In this document: positions 12,218 through 23,369 of the stretch, one piece after another
How the letters are laid out: each line of letters starts with the position of its first letter
Position numbering within the stretch: position 1 is the first letter of the stretch
Source: Raja brachyura
Taxonomy: Eukaryota
Assembly (NCBI GenBank): GCA_963514005.1
Contig: OY740813.1
Coordinates: forward strand, 13,950,001 to 14,014,000
Reading direction: 5' to 3'
Length of the DNA: 64,000 nucleotides
The notes under the pieces: generated by a model
What the model was told of the DNA's origin: nothing
Seen by the model: only the letters and a program-made list of their open reading frames with translations
The model's database searches: none
Program-made: the position numbers and the translations under genes

Positions 12218-13037
12218 CTTCTTCTTCTTGCGTTTGAGGCAGCAGAGGTTATGTAACGGTCTCCAGGTGCTGTAGTGTGTTCAACGTGCTGTTGTTGGGG
12301 GCCGTGAGGTCTACCCCTCCACCAGGGGGGCGGGGGACAGCGCAGTCGGAAATGCCGTGCTGCTGCGCTGCATGCTGGTCCGCTCCACACACGCAGGCTG
12401 ATGACGAACACAGCCCCCAGCGATGCACGTTGACGTTGAACCAGCCGACCCCCGTACGGAGCCGGTTCAGGGCGACCCAGTCTTTGCGGGGCAGGTCCAA
12501 GCCGCGTGGGGGTGCAGTGTTCGGTGCAACAGTGAATGGAGGAGGTCGGGAAGTCTGTTCCCAGCTGGTTCTCCATGCTCCTAGTGTGTTGAAACCAGAG
12601 CCACAGAGGGTCGCTGCGTGACCGGAAAAGAGGTGACGGAATGACAGGCGTTGAGGTCCCAGTTTCTGTGAATCCTGGGCGAGGTGGTGGCATCCGATGG
12701 GGCCTTACACACACGCCAGCGTATGAGTGATGTACTCTCTGCGAAGCTTGGCGGGTGCGATATACCTGCGAGCACCGGCAGAAGATCCGTCGGAGTAGGG
12801 CGTAGGCAGCTGGTGATGATCCGCACGGTGTCGTTGAGGATGGCGTCTAGCTTGCTAGTATGAGCGCTGCGGCACCATGCTGGGGCTGCGTACACAGCGG
12901 CGCTGTACCCGAGTGCTAGACCACTGGTTCGAAGAGTAAATGTCCTGGCGCTCCAGCCTAGCAACGCAGGGGGTTGCTCCGCGCCGAGACTTTAGCACGC
13001 AGAGCTTCAAGGTGTTGGAACTGACACTGTCTGATCA
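12218..13037 (-). mobile_element. Non-LTR retrotransposon 3' fragment, Vingi/Ingi-like
   Basis: TLRTSGLALGYSAAVYAAPAWCRSAHTSKLDAILNDTVRIITSCLRPTP and LPRKDWVALNRLRTGVG...WGLCSSSACVCG (C-terminal Cys motif); (GAA)n 3' tail at 12218-12229; CpG-rich. Confidence 0.7.
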
Positions 13038-13159
13038 CCGACCACCTAATGTGTGCCATTGGTCTTCGTGAAGCAGAGTGAAAAACAATTCCTACACCAG
13101 TGGTGGCTATAACCCTGTGAATGTACCCTTCCTCATGGGAGAAAGGGTAGGGAGGCAGT

Positions 13160-13726
13160 CAAAATTAACTGCAGATGCTGGTTTAAACCGAAGATAGACA
13201 CAAAAAGCTGGAGTAACTCAGCGGGACAGGCAGCGTCTCTGGAGAGAAGGAATGGGTGACGTTTTGGGTCGAGGCCCTTCTTCAGACTGGTTAGGGACAA
13301 GGGAAATGAGAGATATAGACGATGATGAAGGACTTTGCTGCCTTCCCCCACAGTGGGAACCATTGTGGGGGGATGTTTCTATGTTTATTGTTATATTCTT
13401 TAATGCTGTGTCTTATCTTTATTCGTGTGCTGCAATGGCAAGTCAAATTTCACTACACCATTTGGTGTATGTCCTTTGTATTGTATGTAGAGAGATAAAG
13501 AACAATGAATGACAGATATGCAAAAAAGTAACGATGATCAGAGAGCAGGAGGAATCACAGTGAGAGAGAGTGTTGGTGAACTCTCATCGGAGGGTGAAGG
13601 TGAACCTATTCAAAGTCGACATACCTTGAGGAGATTTCACAGTGGAGCGGACAAAATGTGTAGGAAGGAACTGCAGATGCTGGTTTAATCCGAAGACAGG
13701 CACAAAAAGCTGGAGTAACTCAGCGG
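13160..13726 (-). mobile_element. PLE partial-tandem termini
   Basis: Two same-orientation pLTR copies (13167-13290 and 13659-13726) separated by PLE 3' UTR-like and 5' leader-like sequence. Confidence 0.7.
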
Positions 13727-14454
13727 TGAGTCATCTGCCAGTGTTCTTCTGTGAGCAATTGCGGAGTTGGGGTGGTTAGTGTGTGGGGCTTTGGTGGGTT
13801 GCAATAATTAGAACGTGGAATGGCACAGCACGGCATTGGCCCATTATGTCTGTGTCAAACACCATGCCGAGTGAAACTAATCTCCTCTGCCTGCACGGGA
13901 TCCAATTCTCTGCATTCCCGGCTTATCCGTGTGTCTATCTGAAAGCCTCTTAAATCCCACTAACGTAGCTGCCTCCACCACCAACCCTGCCAGCACTTTC
14001 CAGGCACCCACCACCCTCTGTAAAAATATGCCCAACACATCTCTTTTGAACCTTTCCCCATCTCACTTTAAAATTAATGTCCTCTAGTCTTTGGCATTTC
14101 CTCCCTGGGAAAAAGGTTCTGATTGTCTATCCTATCTATGCCTCTCACAATTGTGCATGTATACAAGTACAAGCATATATGCTTCTATCAGGTCTGCCCC
14201 CAATCTCTGGCGATCCAGAGAAACCAATCTGGAATGGGAACATGACCCATCTATGACCCACGTTCCACCCCGAGCCCAGACCCAGGCAGGGAGCGGTGGG
14301 GTCCGCCAACTCCTCACCAGTGTGACCAACAGCAACAACTTCTGATGACGGACCACTCAGTGCTTTCACGTTTGTCAGACAGGATACGTTGGCACCTAAT
14401 CCATGCTCACCTCATTTGTTCCAACACAGAAACTACAATCCAATGTAATAAAGA

Positions 14455-14670
14455 TACTGATGCTGGTTTATACCAAACATAGTCTTGCATGTTTATACCA
14501 AAATGCTAGAGTAACTCAGCGGTTCAGGCAGCCACTCTGGAGAACATGGATAGGTGAACTTTCGGGTAGAGCCCTTCTTCAGACATCCCGACCCGAGACG
14601 TCATCTATCCATGTTCTCCAGAGATGCTGGCAGACTCGCTGAGTTACTCCAGCACTTTGGGTCTATCCAA
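14455..14670. mobile_element. Fold-back pair of PLE termini
   Basis: GAGTAACTCAGCGG...TCTGGAGAACATGGATAGGTGA is inverted with TCATCTATCCATGTTCTCCAGAGA...GCTGAGTTACTCCAGC. Confidence 0.8.
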
Positions 14671-15696
14671 AACTTCTTGCTTCATTCTTAAAAACATAGA
14701 AAATAGGTGCAGGAGTAGGCCATTCGGCCCTTCGAGCCAGCACCGCCATTCAGTATGATCGTGGCTGATCATCCAAAATCAGTGCCCCGTTCCTGCTTTC
14801 TCCCCATTTCCCTTGATGAATTTGTCAACCCTTTGGGTCAAGTCTTAGTCTGCTGGGTTCCTGCAGCAGATTGTTTGTCACCTGTGGGCTTTTTTGACAC
14901 ATTCAATATTTATCTTAAGTCCTTCAGAATTTAATGCTCTCATTCCTCCTGGACGGCAAATGAAGAATGGCAGTAAATTGGAAAGGGTGCAGAAGATATT
15001 TATCCGCATGATACCTGGGTTTACGGGCTTGAGTTTTTGGGGAGAAGTTGGATAGGCGAGGGCTTTGTTCTTTGCAGCATAGGAGACTGAGTGGTGATTT
15101 GATTAAGGTGTACAAGATCATGAGGCCCTTCGGCCCACCTTGCCCATCCGACCAAATCGGCCAGCATACTGAGCTGGTTCCCATTTGCCAGCATTTGGCC
15201 CATCGACCTCTAAATCCTTTCTACCCACATATCTGTCCAAATGTCTTTTAAAAGTTGTAATTGTCTCCGTTCTGTAGCTTTCCCTGGCAGCTCATTCCAG
15301 GTACGGACTATCATCTGAGTGAAAAGGTTGCCCTTGAGGTCACTCTTCAATCTCTCCCCTCTCATCTTAAGCCGATGCCCCCTAGTTTCAGAATCCTCTA
15401 CCCTGGGAAAATGACTGCGAGCGTTCACTTTATCCATGTCGCACATTTGTTTGGGACCTTTCCTGAACTCACAGTGGGAACAGTGTTCTCCAGGTCTCCC
15501 AATCCGAGTAACACCAGGGGTTAAAGAAGTCACATTTGGACACATGTGACATGGGTGTTGCTACACGACCGTGTGAAGGGGCTCGTTCCTGTACCTTTAA
15601 CACTGTGCAGTGATATCTCTACCCATTTATGACCTCTATGTTATCTGTGCTCTGTGTGTGCATTAGATCAGGTGAATGAATTACTGCACCACCAAA

Positions 15697-16005
15697 GGCG
15701 ACACGGTGGCCCAGCGGTAGAGTTGCTGCCATACAGCGCTTGCAGCACCGGAGACGCGGGTTCGATCCCGACTACGGGTGCTGTCTGCATGGGGTTTGTA
15801 CGTTCTCCCAGTGACCTGCGTGGGTTTTCTTCGAGATCTTCGGTTTCCTCCCACGCTCCAAAGACGTACAGGTTTGTAGGTTAATTGGCTAATTGGTATA
15901 AGTAAAAATTGTCCCAGTGAGTGTAGACAGTGCAAGTGTGCGGGGATCACTGGCCGGTACGGAGTAGGAGGGCCGAAGGGTCTGTTTCCGCGCTGTATCT
16001 CTAAA
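15697..16005 (+). mobile_element. Full-length HE1-like V-SINE
   Basis: A box TGGCCCAGCGG, B box GGTTCGATCCC, V-domain, and CR1-like tail GGGCCGAAGGGTCTGTTTCCGCGCTGTATCTCTAAA. Confidence 0.9.
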
Positions 16006-16272
16006 TGTAAAAAAAAACAAAACTAATGTTTTACTTTAAATTGGATCTGAGAGGTTCAGGGTGGAAACAGGAGAGTTGTGGCCAGATGCCAGAACCAATA
16101 CAGTAAAACCAACAGCAGCTTTTTATATGGGTATCAAACACTTTATAATATAACTGGGTTAAACACTTAAACTTAAACACTTAAACTATTAAATGGGAAA
16201 ACTTAGAGTTGCAACTTGTTGTGCTGAGGGAACCTAAACCTATCTGCCAGTTATTTTCCAAAATGCTTATTT

Positions 16273-16466
16273 TCCGAAGATGGACACAAAATGCTGGAGC
16301 AACAGCAGGACTCAACAGGCAGCATCTCTGAAGAGAAGGAATGGGTGACGCTTTTACATTCTAGCACCCATTCCTTCTCTCCAGAGATGCTGCCTGTCCT
16401 GCTGAATTACTCCAGCATTGTGTGCCTATCTTCGATTTCAACCAGCATCTGCGGTTCTTTCCTACG
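16273..16466. mobile_element. Fold-back pair of PLE termini
   Basis: AGAAGGAATGGGTG / CACCCATTCCTTCT inverted arms around 16335-16380. Confidence 0.8.
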
Positions 16467-16841
16467 CTACGTTTCCGAAATCCTTTTTCTGACTGCTTGT
16501 TACCAATTGCTGTACCACTCTGGGTCTTACTGATATAGTTACAGGTCAGTTGTTCACAACTGTTCAAATTCATCCCCAATCTCCCGTTGAAGATGTGGAT
16601 TTGATCTATTGGGAGAGACTGGGCTGCCTAGGACTTTATTCTTTGGAGCGCAGAGGGCTGAGAGGTGATCTGAAAGAGGGGCGTAGAATCATACAGCACG
16701 GAAACAGATCCCTCAGCCCAACTCATCCATGGTGACTAAGCTGACCCATCAAAGCTGGCCCCATTTGTCTGCATTTTGCCCATATCCTTATACATGGATG
16801 GGAAAGGTTTGAGAAGGATATAGGCAAGCTTAGATGGGGTA

Positions 16842-17225
16842 TAGAAACATAGAAAATAGGTGCAGGAATAGGCCATTCGGCCCTTCGAGCCTGCACCACC
16901 ATTCAATATGATCATGGCTGATCATTCAACTCAGTATCCTGTACCTGCCTTCTCTCCATACCCCCTGATCCCTTTAGCCACAAGGGCCACACATAACTCC
17001 CTCTTAAATATAGCCAATGAACTGGCCTCAACTACCTTCTGTGGCAGAGAATTCCAGAGACTCACCACTCTCTGTGTGAAAAATGTTTTCCTCATCTCGA
17101 TCCTAAAGGAATTCTGCCTTATCCTTAAACTATGACCCCTTGTTCTGGACTTCCCCAACATCGGGAACAATCTTCCTGCATCTTCTAGCCTGTCTAACCC
17201 CTTAAGAATTTTGTAAGTTTCTGTA
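16842..17225 (-). mobile_element. CR1 3' end
   Basis: Minus ORF LTETYKILKGLDRL...FFTQRVVSLWNSLPQ, with AGAAACATAGAAAATAGG tail. Confidence 0.9.
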
Positions 17226-17556
17226 AGTTTCTTGGCCAACATGCACAAGTTGGGTCGAAGGGCCTGTCTCCTTGCTGTATGACTCTAGCACTGTAAGTCA
17301 CGAGCACCAGAGATTTGTTAAACTAATTTTCGAGAATATATTGCTTCCATTTTTTATATTTACACTGACAGAAAAATATATTCAAATAAAAAGATTCAAA
17401 CCAAAGCTCGCTAAGTTGTGTCCCCAGGCTAAATGCCGAGTCTCCAATCTGTTCCCAGTGGTGTGTAAGGAACGGCGAATGCTGGTTTAAACTGAAGATA
17501 GACACAAAAAGCTGGAGTAACTCAGCGGGACAGGCAGCATGCTTGTATCAATCTCA

Positions 17557-17570
17557 CCACCAGAGGGCAG
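17557..17570 (+). promoter_or_regulatory. Candidate CTCF site
   Basis: CCACCAGAGGGCAG matches the CTCF core CCACYAGRGGGCRS and lies at the edge of non-repetitive sequence. Confidence 0.45.
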
Positions 17571-17809
17571 ATGCTCTGATGCAGGGACCACAGCTTCATT
17601 ACTTATTTTACTGAGCTCAACATGATAGCAGCTTTAAAAAGTACTAACGCCATTCTGCACACAGGAGACAGATTAATCCTTACCAAGCTGAATATTATTA
17701 ATAAACATTTATTCCAACATTTCTTTGTACTTTTGAGAAATATTCATTTATTTTAGCTCCATTCATGAACTTGGCTGTAACTAAAACATTTGTTTTACTT
17801 GTACGGACA

Positions 17810-18232
17810 GATCAAACCCTTCCTCGCCCGTATCCACCTATCACTTGTAGAAACAAAGAATTGCAGATGCTGTTTTAGAAAAAAAAGGACCAAAGTGCTG
17901 GTGTAACTCAGCGGGTCAGGGATAGGTGACATGGATAGGTGACATTTCAGGTCGGGAGTCTAAAGAAGGGTCCCGACCTGAAACATCACCAATCTATGCT
18001 CTCCGGAGAACCCGCTGAATTACTCCAGCACTTTGTGCCCACTTATCACTCACTCGGCTTCGACCCACCCCCATTCGCTCTTTTCCTGCATTCTCCCCCC
18101 TATTCCATCAGATTGAAGAAGGTTCCCAACACAATAACTCGTCTGTCCATTCCTTTCACAGATGCTGCCTGACCCACTGAGTTCCTCCAGCACTTTATGT
18201 TTTGCTCATGATTCCAGCATCTGCATTTCTTG
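17810..18232. mobile_element. Nested/inverted PLE termini
   Basis: ATAGGTGACATTTCAGGTCGGGA abuts GTCTAAAGAAGGGTCCCGACCTGAAACATCACC; a second pLTR lies at 18110-18232. Confidence 0.7.
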
Positions 18233-18244
18233 ACTCTATTTCTT

Positions 18245-18500
18245 TGTGGTTCTACACGTCACTGTTGTCCTCGGCCAAGCTGATTTTGGAGATGTCCGTG
18301 TGGTGTCTTCTCTATTTTCCTGGAAACTGCTTGGTGTGATCGAGCTCCAAGTGGAACGTCTTCTCCTGGAGTCTGGTGTCAGGCATTCAGGCAACGTGAT
18401 CCACCCGCCAAAGGGAGCTGAGCGTAATCGGAGCCTTGGTGTTGATGATGATGAGGCGTGCCCTGCTCCAGTGATGGCATGTCTCCAGCCTTCTGTCAGT
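18245..18500 (-). mobile_element. RTE LINE 3' remnant
   Basis: The minus strand encodes a degenerate QLRWVGHVARMPDTRLP...ELDHTK...DISKISL, the typical RTE C-terminal segment. Confidence 0.65.
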
Positions 18501-18546
18501 TGCCCATGGCTCTGACACACACAGGCCAGTGAAAGTCACTGGTACT

Positions 18547-18895
18547 CATAAGGTCATAAATGATAGTAACAGAATTAGGCCATTCGGCCCATCAAGCCTA
18601 CTCTGCTATCCAATCATGGCTGATCTATTTCTCCTCCCCTAAACACATTCTCCTGCCTTCTCCCCATAACCCCTGACACACATACTAATCTGGAATCCAT
18701 CTATCCCTGCCTTAAAAATATCCATTGACTTGGCCGTCTGTGGAAAATAATTCCACAAATTCACCACCCTCTGACTAAAGAAATCTTCCTAAGGGAATGT
18801 CCTTTCATTCTAAGGCTATGAGCTCTAATCCTCGACTCTCCCACTAGTGGAAACATCCTCTCCACATCCACTCTATCCAAGCCTTTCACTATTCA
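18547..18895 (-). mobile_element. CR1 3' end, (TTATGACC)-tail subfamily
   Basis: CATAAGGTCATAA tail, GAATTAGGCCATTCGGCCCATC, CCCACTAGTGGAAACATCCTCTCCACATCC. Confidence 0.85.
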
Positions 18896-19120
18896 GTAGA
18901 CTTTAAACTCTGCATCCAGATTTGAAGCCTTTGAGATGTTCCCCTCATATGGCTAATGTCTCGCAGTAGTTTCATGTTCTATGTGTCGGCCTTGGCTGCT
19001 GAGTGCTGCGTAAAGTATAAAGGGGAACGTTCTGACTGCCTCCAGCGGTGCCTGGGGATTGGAGGACGCTGTGTGCTGTTTTAAAAGGAGAGATTGAGAT
19101 AAATTATATTTACCTCTCAG

Positions 19121-19422
19121 GTCGGCATGGTGGCGCAGCGGTGGAGTTGCTGCCTTACAGCGCCAGAGACCCGGGTTCAATCCTGACAATGGATGTTGTG
19201 TGTACGGAGTTTGTACGTTCTCCCGATAACCGCATGGATTTTCTCCGTGCCATCTGGTTTCCTCCTACAAAGATGTGCAGGTTTGTAGTTTAATTGGTTG
19301 CGTTAAGTTTGTAATTTGTCCCTAGTGTGTAAGATGGTGCTAGTGTACGGGATGATCGCTGGTGGGGGTGGGCTTAGTGGGCCGAAGGGCCTGTTTCCGT
19401 GCTGTATCTCTGAAGTCTAAAG
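19121..19422 (+). mobile_element. Full-length HE1-like V-SINE
   Basis: TGGCGCAGCGG, GGTTCAATCC, V-domain and GGGCCGAAGGGCCTGTTTCC tail. Confidence 0.9.
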
Positions 19423-19480
19423 TAAATAACTGTGTGCCAGTCAGTTTAATTTTGGTGGTGTGGGGGGCAAAATTGGAATC

Positions 19481-19822
19481 CATTCCAAGCGAGCGTATGG
19501 ACATTCCAAGGGAGCGTATGGACATTCCAAGGTAGTGTATGGACATTCCAAGCGAGCATATGGACATTCCAAGCAGGTGTATGGACATTCCAAGGGAGTG
19601 TATGGACATTCCAAGCGAGCGTATGGACATTCCAAGGGAGCGTATGGACATTCCAAAGGAGCGTATGGACATTCCAAGCGGGTGTATGGACATTCCAAGC
19701 AAGCGTATGGACATTCCAAGCAAGCGTATGGACATTCCAAGCAGGCGTATGGACATTTCAAGCGGGCGTATGGACATTCCAAGCGGGTGTATGGACATTC
19801 CAAGCGAGCGTATGGACATTCC
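19481..19822. repeat. 21-bp minisatellite, 16.3 copies
   Basis: Unit CATTCCAAG-N5-GTATGGA with no indels. Confidence 0.95.
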
Positions 19823-20284
19823 TTTTGACAGGTAACATTTAGTCAGGGAGAAGAGACATGGATTTATGAAGGGAAGGTGGTTTGAGGATAACAATGATTT
19901 GTGGAAATATCAAAGAAGGTTGATGAAAACCAGAGGCTGATGTCATCTATATGGATGTAGGCAAGGCTTTTGACAAGATTCCACATGGCAAAAAAGTTCC
20001 AAAGTCGGGGAAATCCGAGAGAGAGTGACAAACTGGATGAAAACTGATCAATGTCAATTTCTAACACACAATGGTATTTTGCACATTTTCATTCAAATCT
20101 AACATTTGTAAATAAGAGAAGTGCCCTTTATGGTATTCATCAGCGGCTGAAATTTGGCTAGAAAATGCGAACATCTTATTGGAAAGGAACCTAACCTGGT
20201 CTGGCTTAAAAATGTCTCCAGTCTCAGACCCATGAAGTGACCCATTGGTAACAACAACAGCAAGTTGTTTCATAAAGCCTTTTT

Positions 20285-20510
20285 AACAGAGTCAATGTCC
20301 CCGGGCACTTCTTAAGATCATTAACAAAAGACATTTGACACCAAGTCCCGTAAGGAGATATTGGGACAGTTGGGCAAAGACCTGGTCAAAGGGACAGATT
20401 GTGACGAGCCTCGTGGAGGAGGGAGGAGAGGCCGAGGGAGATTTAGGGAGAGGATTCCGAGTTCAGGGGCAGCTGAAGGTTCAGGCTCCAGTGCTGGAAT
20501 GATGAAAACC
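20285..20510 (-). mobile_element. L2 LINE 3' remnant
   Basis: ATTTGACACC...AGGAGATATT...GGTCAAAG...TTAGGGAGAGGATTCC resembles the reverse complement of an L2 3' end. Confidence 0.5.
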
Positions 20511-21340
20511 AATGGAACTGGGCAAAAAAACAGGCACTGACCTCCCCATCATCAGAGGGTTGGAAAAGAGGTTGCTGCCTCAAAAAGACAGCCAGTCCCA
20601 TCAAGGACCCTCACCACCCTGGCCACCCGCTCATCTCGCTGCTACCATCGGCAAGAAGGTGCAGGAGACTGAATGTCGTGACCAGCAGGTTCAACAGCTT
20701 TGTCCCTGCAACCATCAGGCTCTTGAGTCACCCTGCACGACACTAATCTCAGCAAATATGATCTTCTATGGACTACGTCCTAGGCTGCACTAAGGATTCC
20801 GATTGGGGCAGAGCAGCGGTAGAATTGCTGCCTTACAGCGCCAGAGTCCCGGGTTCGATCCTGACTACTGGTGCTGCCTGTACGGAGTTTGTACATTCGC
20901 CGAGTGACCGCGTGGGTTTTCTCTGGGAAACCCAGAACAAGGCTCTAGTATCGGTATTAGTTTAGTTTAGGTTTATTAATGTCACGTGCAGCAAGACACA
21001 GTGAAAATCTTTAGTTTAGCTATCCAAACCATTCAGATAATACTACATGTCAATCTAATCAAACCAAACACAAGTATAATAGGTAAAGGGAAAAATGGCA
21101 GAGTGCAGAATATAGTTTCTCAACATTGTAGTGTAACAGTCATAGAGTCGTACAGCATGGAAACAGGCCCTTGAGCCCATCTTGCCCATGCCGACCAACA
21201 TGCCCCATCCACACTAGTCCCACTTGGCCTGTCGCACTCTAAACCCATGCTATCCATGTACCTGAACAAATGCCTTTTAAATGTTCCAGAGGAAATGGCC
21301 AATGTCCGCAATGAGTTAGATTGGAGAATCGGGAATGTAA

Positions 21341-22250
21341 ACGGTGGCGCAGCGGTAGAGTTGCTGCCTTACAGTAGGTATGTTACAAAACTTACCTTGA
21401 GCAGCGCTGCAGTTCTGCCGCTCCCCGTGTGCGCGACTTTGGCGCCTTTCAGAGAGGGGCGGGGTAAAAGTGCCGTTTTTCCACAGGCAGGGAAAACCGA
21501 TCAATGTCGGGTGATTTTGTTGCGGAAGACAAATCGCTCCGACATTTCACGAATGAAGGCATTTTTAAATGACTCTAAATTATTTATTAACTAGAGTAAT
21601 TTAAAAATCACCTTCAAAAGCCGTGAGCGCCGACAACGGGAAGGAGTTTGCGTAGGGGAGAAAAAAAAGTAAATAGTTCATTTTTATATTAAAAGTTGGT
21701 TTTTCGGGAGGCTTTAATAATATTTTCATGTTGCGTTGTGGATTATTGTGTGAATGTTATTTGGACACTTAGGCAATTTAAAAAAAGTTTATATTTTCTT
21801 AAGAAATGGATAGATGTTTAAATCTACTCATTGAATTTTGTAATTAGCTACAATTAGATAACTAACTAATTATATGCTTTAATTTCAGGTCATCCAAGTA
21901 AGATTGTTTCATATTTGTTTCAGAAAGCTTCAATCTATAATAACTGAAAATTTCATTGAGTTCTCTTAATTTTTAAGAAAGTTATGGGCTTTTAACTGTT
22001 CCAGATCACAGCTTTTGAGTTAAGTCAATTGAAAGGCAATGGGGAACAAGATGCTAATTTCCGAGTATGAAAATGGCCATAAGTTTCTTAATACTGAAGA
22101 TATGAAAGTGAATTAGGTGTCAAATTAAACTTCTTTTTATGCTTTATCTGATGGGATAAATTGCAGACTTGATTTTTAAAATCTAAAAATTTTGTAACAT
22201 TGCTACTTACAGCGCTTGCAGTGCCCGAGACCCAGGTGCTGTCTGTACGG
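21341..22250 (+). mobile_element. V-SINE head split by a DNA transposon
   Basis: ACGGTGGCGCAGCGGTAGAGTTGCTGCCTTACAG, then the insert, then CTTACAGCGCTTGCAG...GCTGTCTGTACGG. Confidence 0.85.
21375..22205 (+). mobile_element. Non-autonomous TIR DNA transposon, copy 1 (831 bp, 7-bp TSD)
   Basis: TIRs TAGGTATGTTACAAAA / TTTTGTAACATTGCTA; TSD CTTACAG at 21368-21374 and 22206-22212. Confidence 0.9.
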
Positions 22251-23369
22251 ACCATTCAGATGTCTGATATCAATGGGGAAGAAGCTGTTTAAGAGTCTTG
22301 CAGTGCTCGCATGTAAGAGCCGGTTTCATTGCTGCATATTGCAATGCCAAACATTTCTGTCCACTGCCTCTGGGGTGATGCAGGGCTCGGAGAGAGGCTG
22401 CCACACGCACCGCGCCAACAGAGTCAAGTCAAGCCGAGGTCATTGTTATGTAGACAATAGACAGTAGACAACAGGTGCAGGAGTAGGCCATTTGGCCCTT
22501 CGAGCCAGCACCACCATTCAATGTGATCATGGCTGATCATCCCCAATCAGTACCCCATTCCTGCCTTCTCCCCATATCCCCTGACTCCACTATCTTTAAG
22601 ATGTGCACAGGTACGGTGAGGTCCAGAGTGGTTGGACAGGAAAGAGTTAAACGTGTCTGCGATTTTCAATGAGAGGAAAGGATTGCAGTTGTTACTGGGA
22701 GTTGCCCATCTGTCACAGAGAGAGCTCTGTAACTACTGACTAAACCAGCGAGAGATGTTCCCTGACATTGAGACTCCATTAGAACAGCACAAAGAGGCCC
22801 GGAAAATGTCCCCTCCTGTCAAACCAGCCTCTTACTCACCAACATATGTACTTGCAAACTCTTGCTGAAGTCAGACCGAAGCCTGTACTTACCTTCAGCT
22901 CAGGACCCTGTGCTTTCAAAGTAGGATTATTATTGGCAATTCATAAAACACAGTGATTAGCTTGACATTGTATTCTCCTTCACTGTGCAAGTGTGCTGGT
23001 CACACTTTGCTGTGCGGACGTGTGTGGGTGGATGTGTGCCCCGGGATGGTCCGGAGTGTTTGGATGGGTCTTCTTTATCCCGTTGCCTTTCCCGATGATA
23101 TTGTTGCTCAACTGGAACGTAGGTGTCCGGATGTGAGAGCGCAGTGGGATTGTGCTGTTGGGATCCAGATGTCCTGCAGTGGGCTCTGACATCCTGACGT
23201 ACGGATCATTGCTGGTAGGATATGTTGTTGTGTGCTGCCAGATCTTTGGTCTCCAGGCATGTGCTGGCAACCTTCTCATGCGTGCATGTAAGCAGTATGA
23301 CCTTGTTGTCCACATACCAAACCCAGGCGAATGGATAAAATGGAACCAGCATAAGTTGGGCATCTTGGT

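Noticed and set aside
12319-12333. CTCF-like CCACCAGGGGGGCG
   Set aside because: An extra G breaks the motif spacing, and the site lies within LINE coding sequence.
15697-15775. tRNA genes suggested by A and B boxes
   Set aside because: The boxes run into the V-domain and a CR1-like tail in multiple copies, so these are SINE heads.
19481-19822. CRISPR-like constant/variable array and its ORFs (YGHSKRA, MDIPSER, LECPYAR repeats)
   Set aside because: The variable part is only 5 nt, the context is eukaryotic and there are no cas genes. The ORFs arise because the unit is a stop-free multiple of 3.
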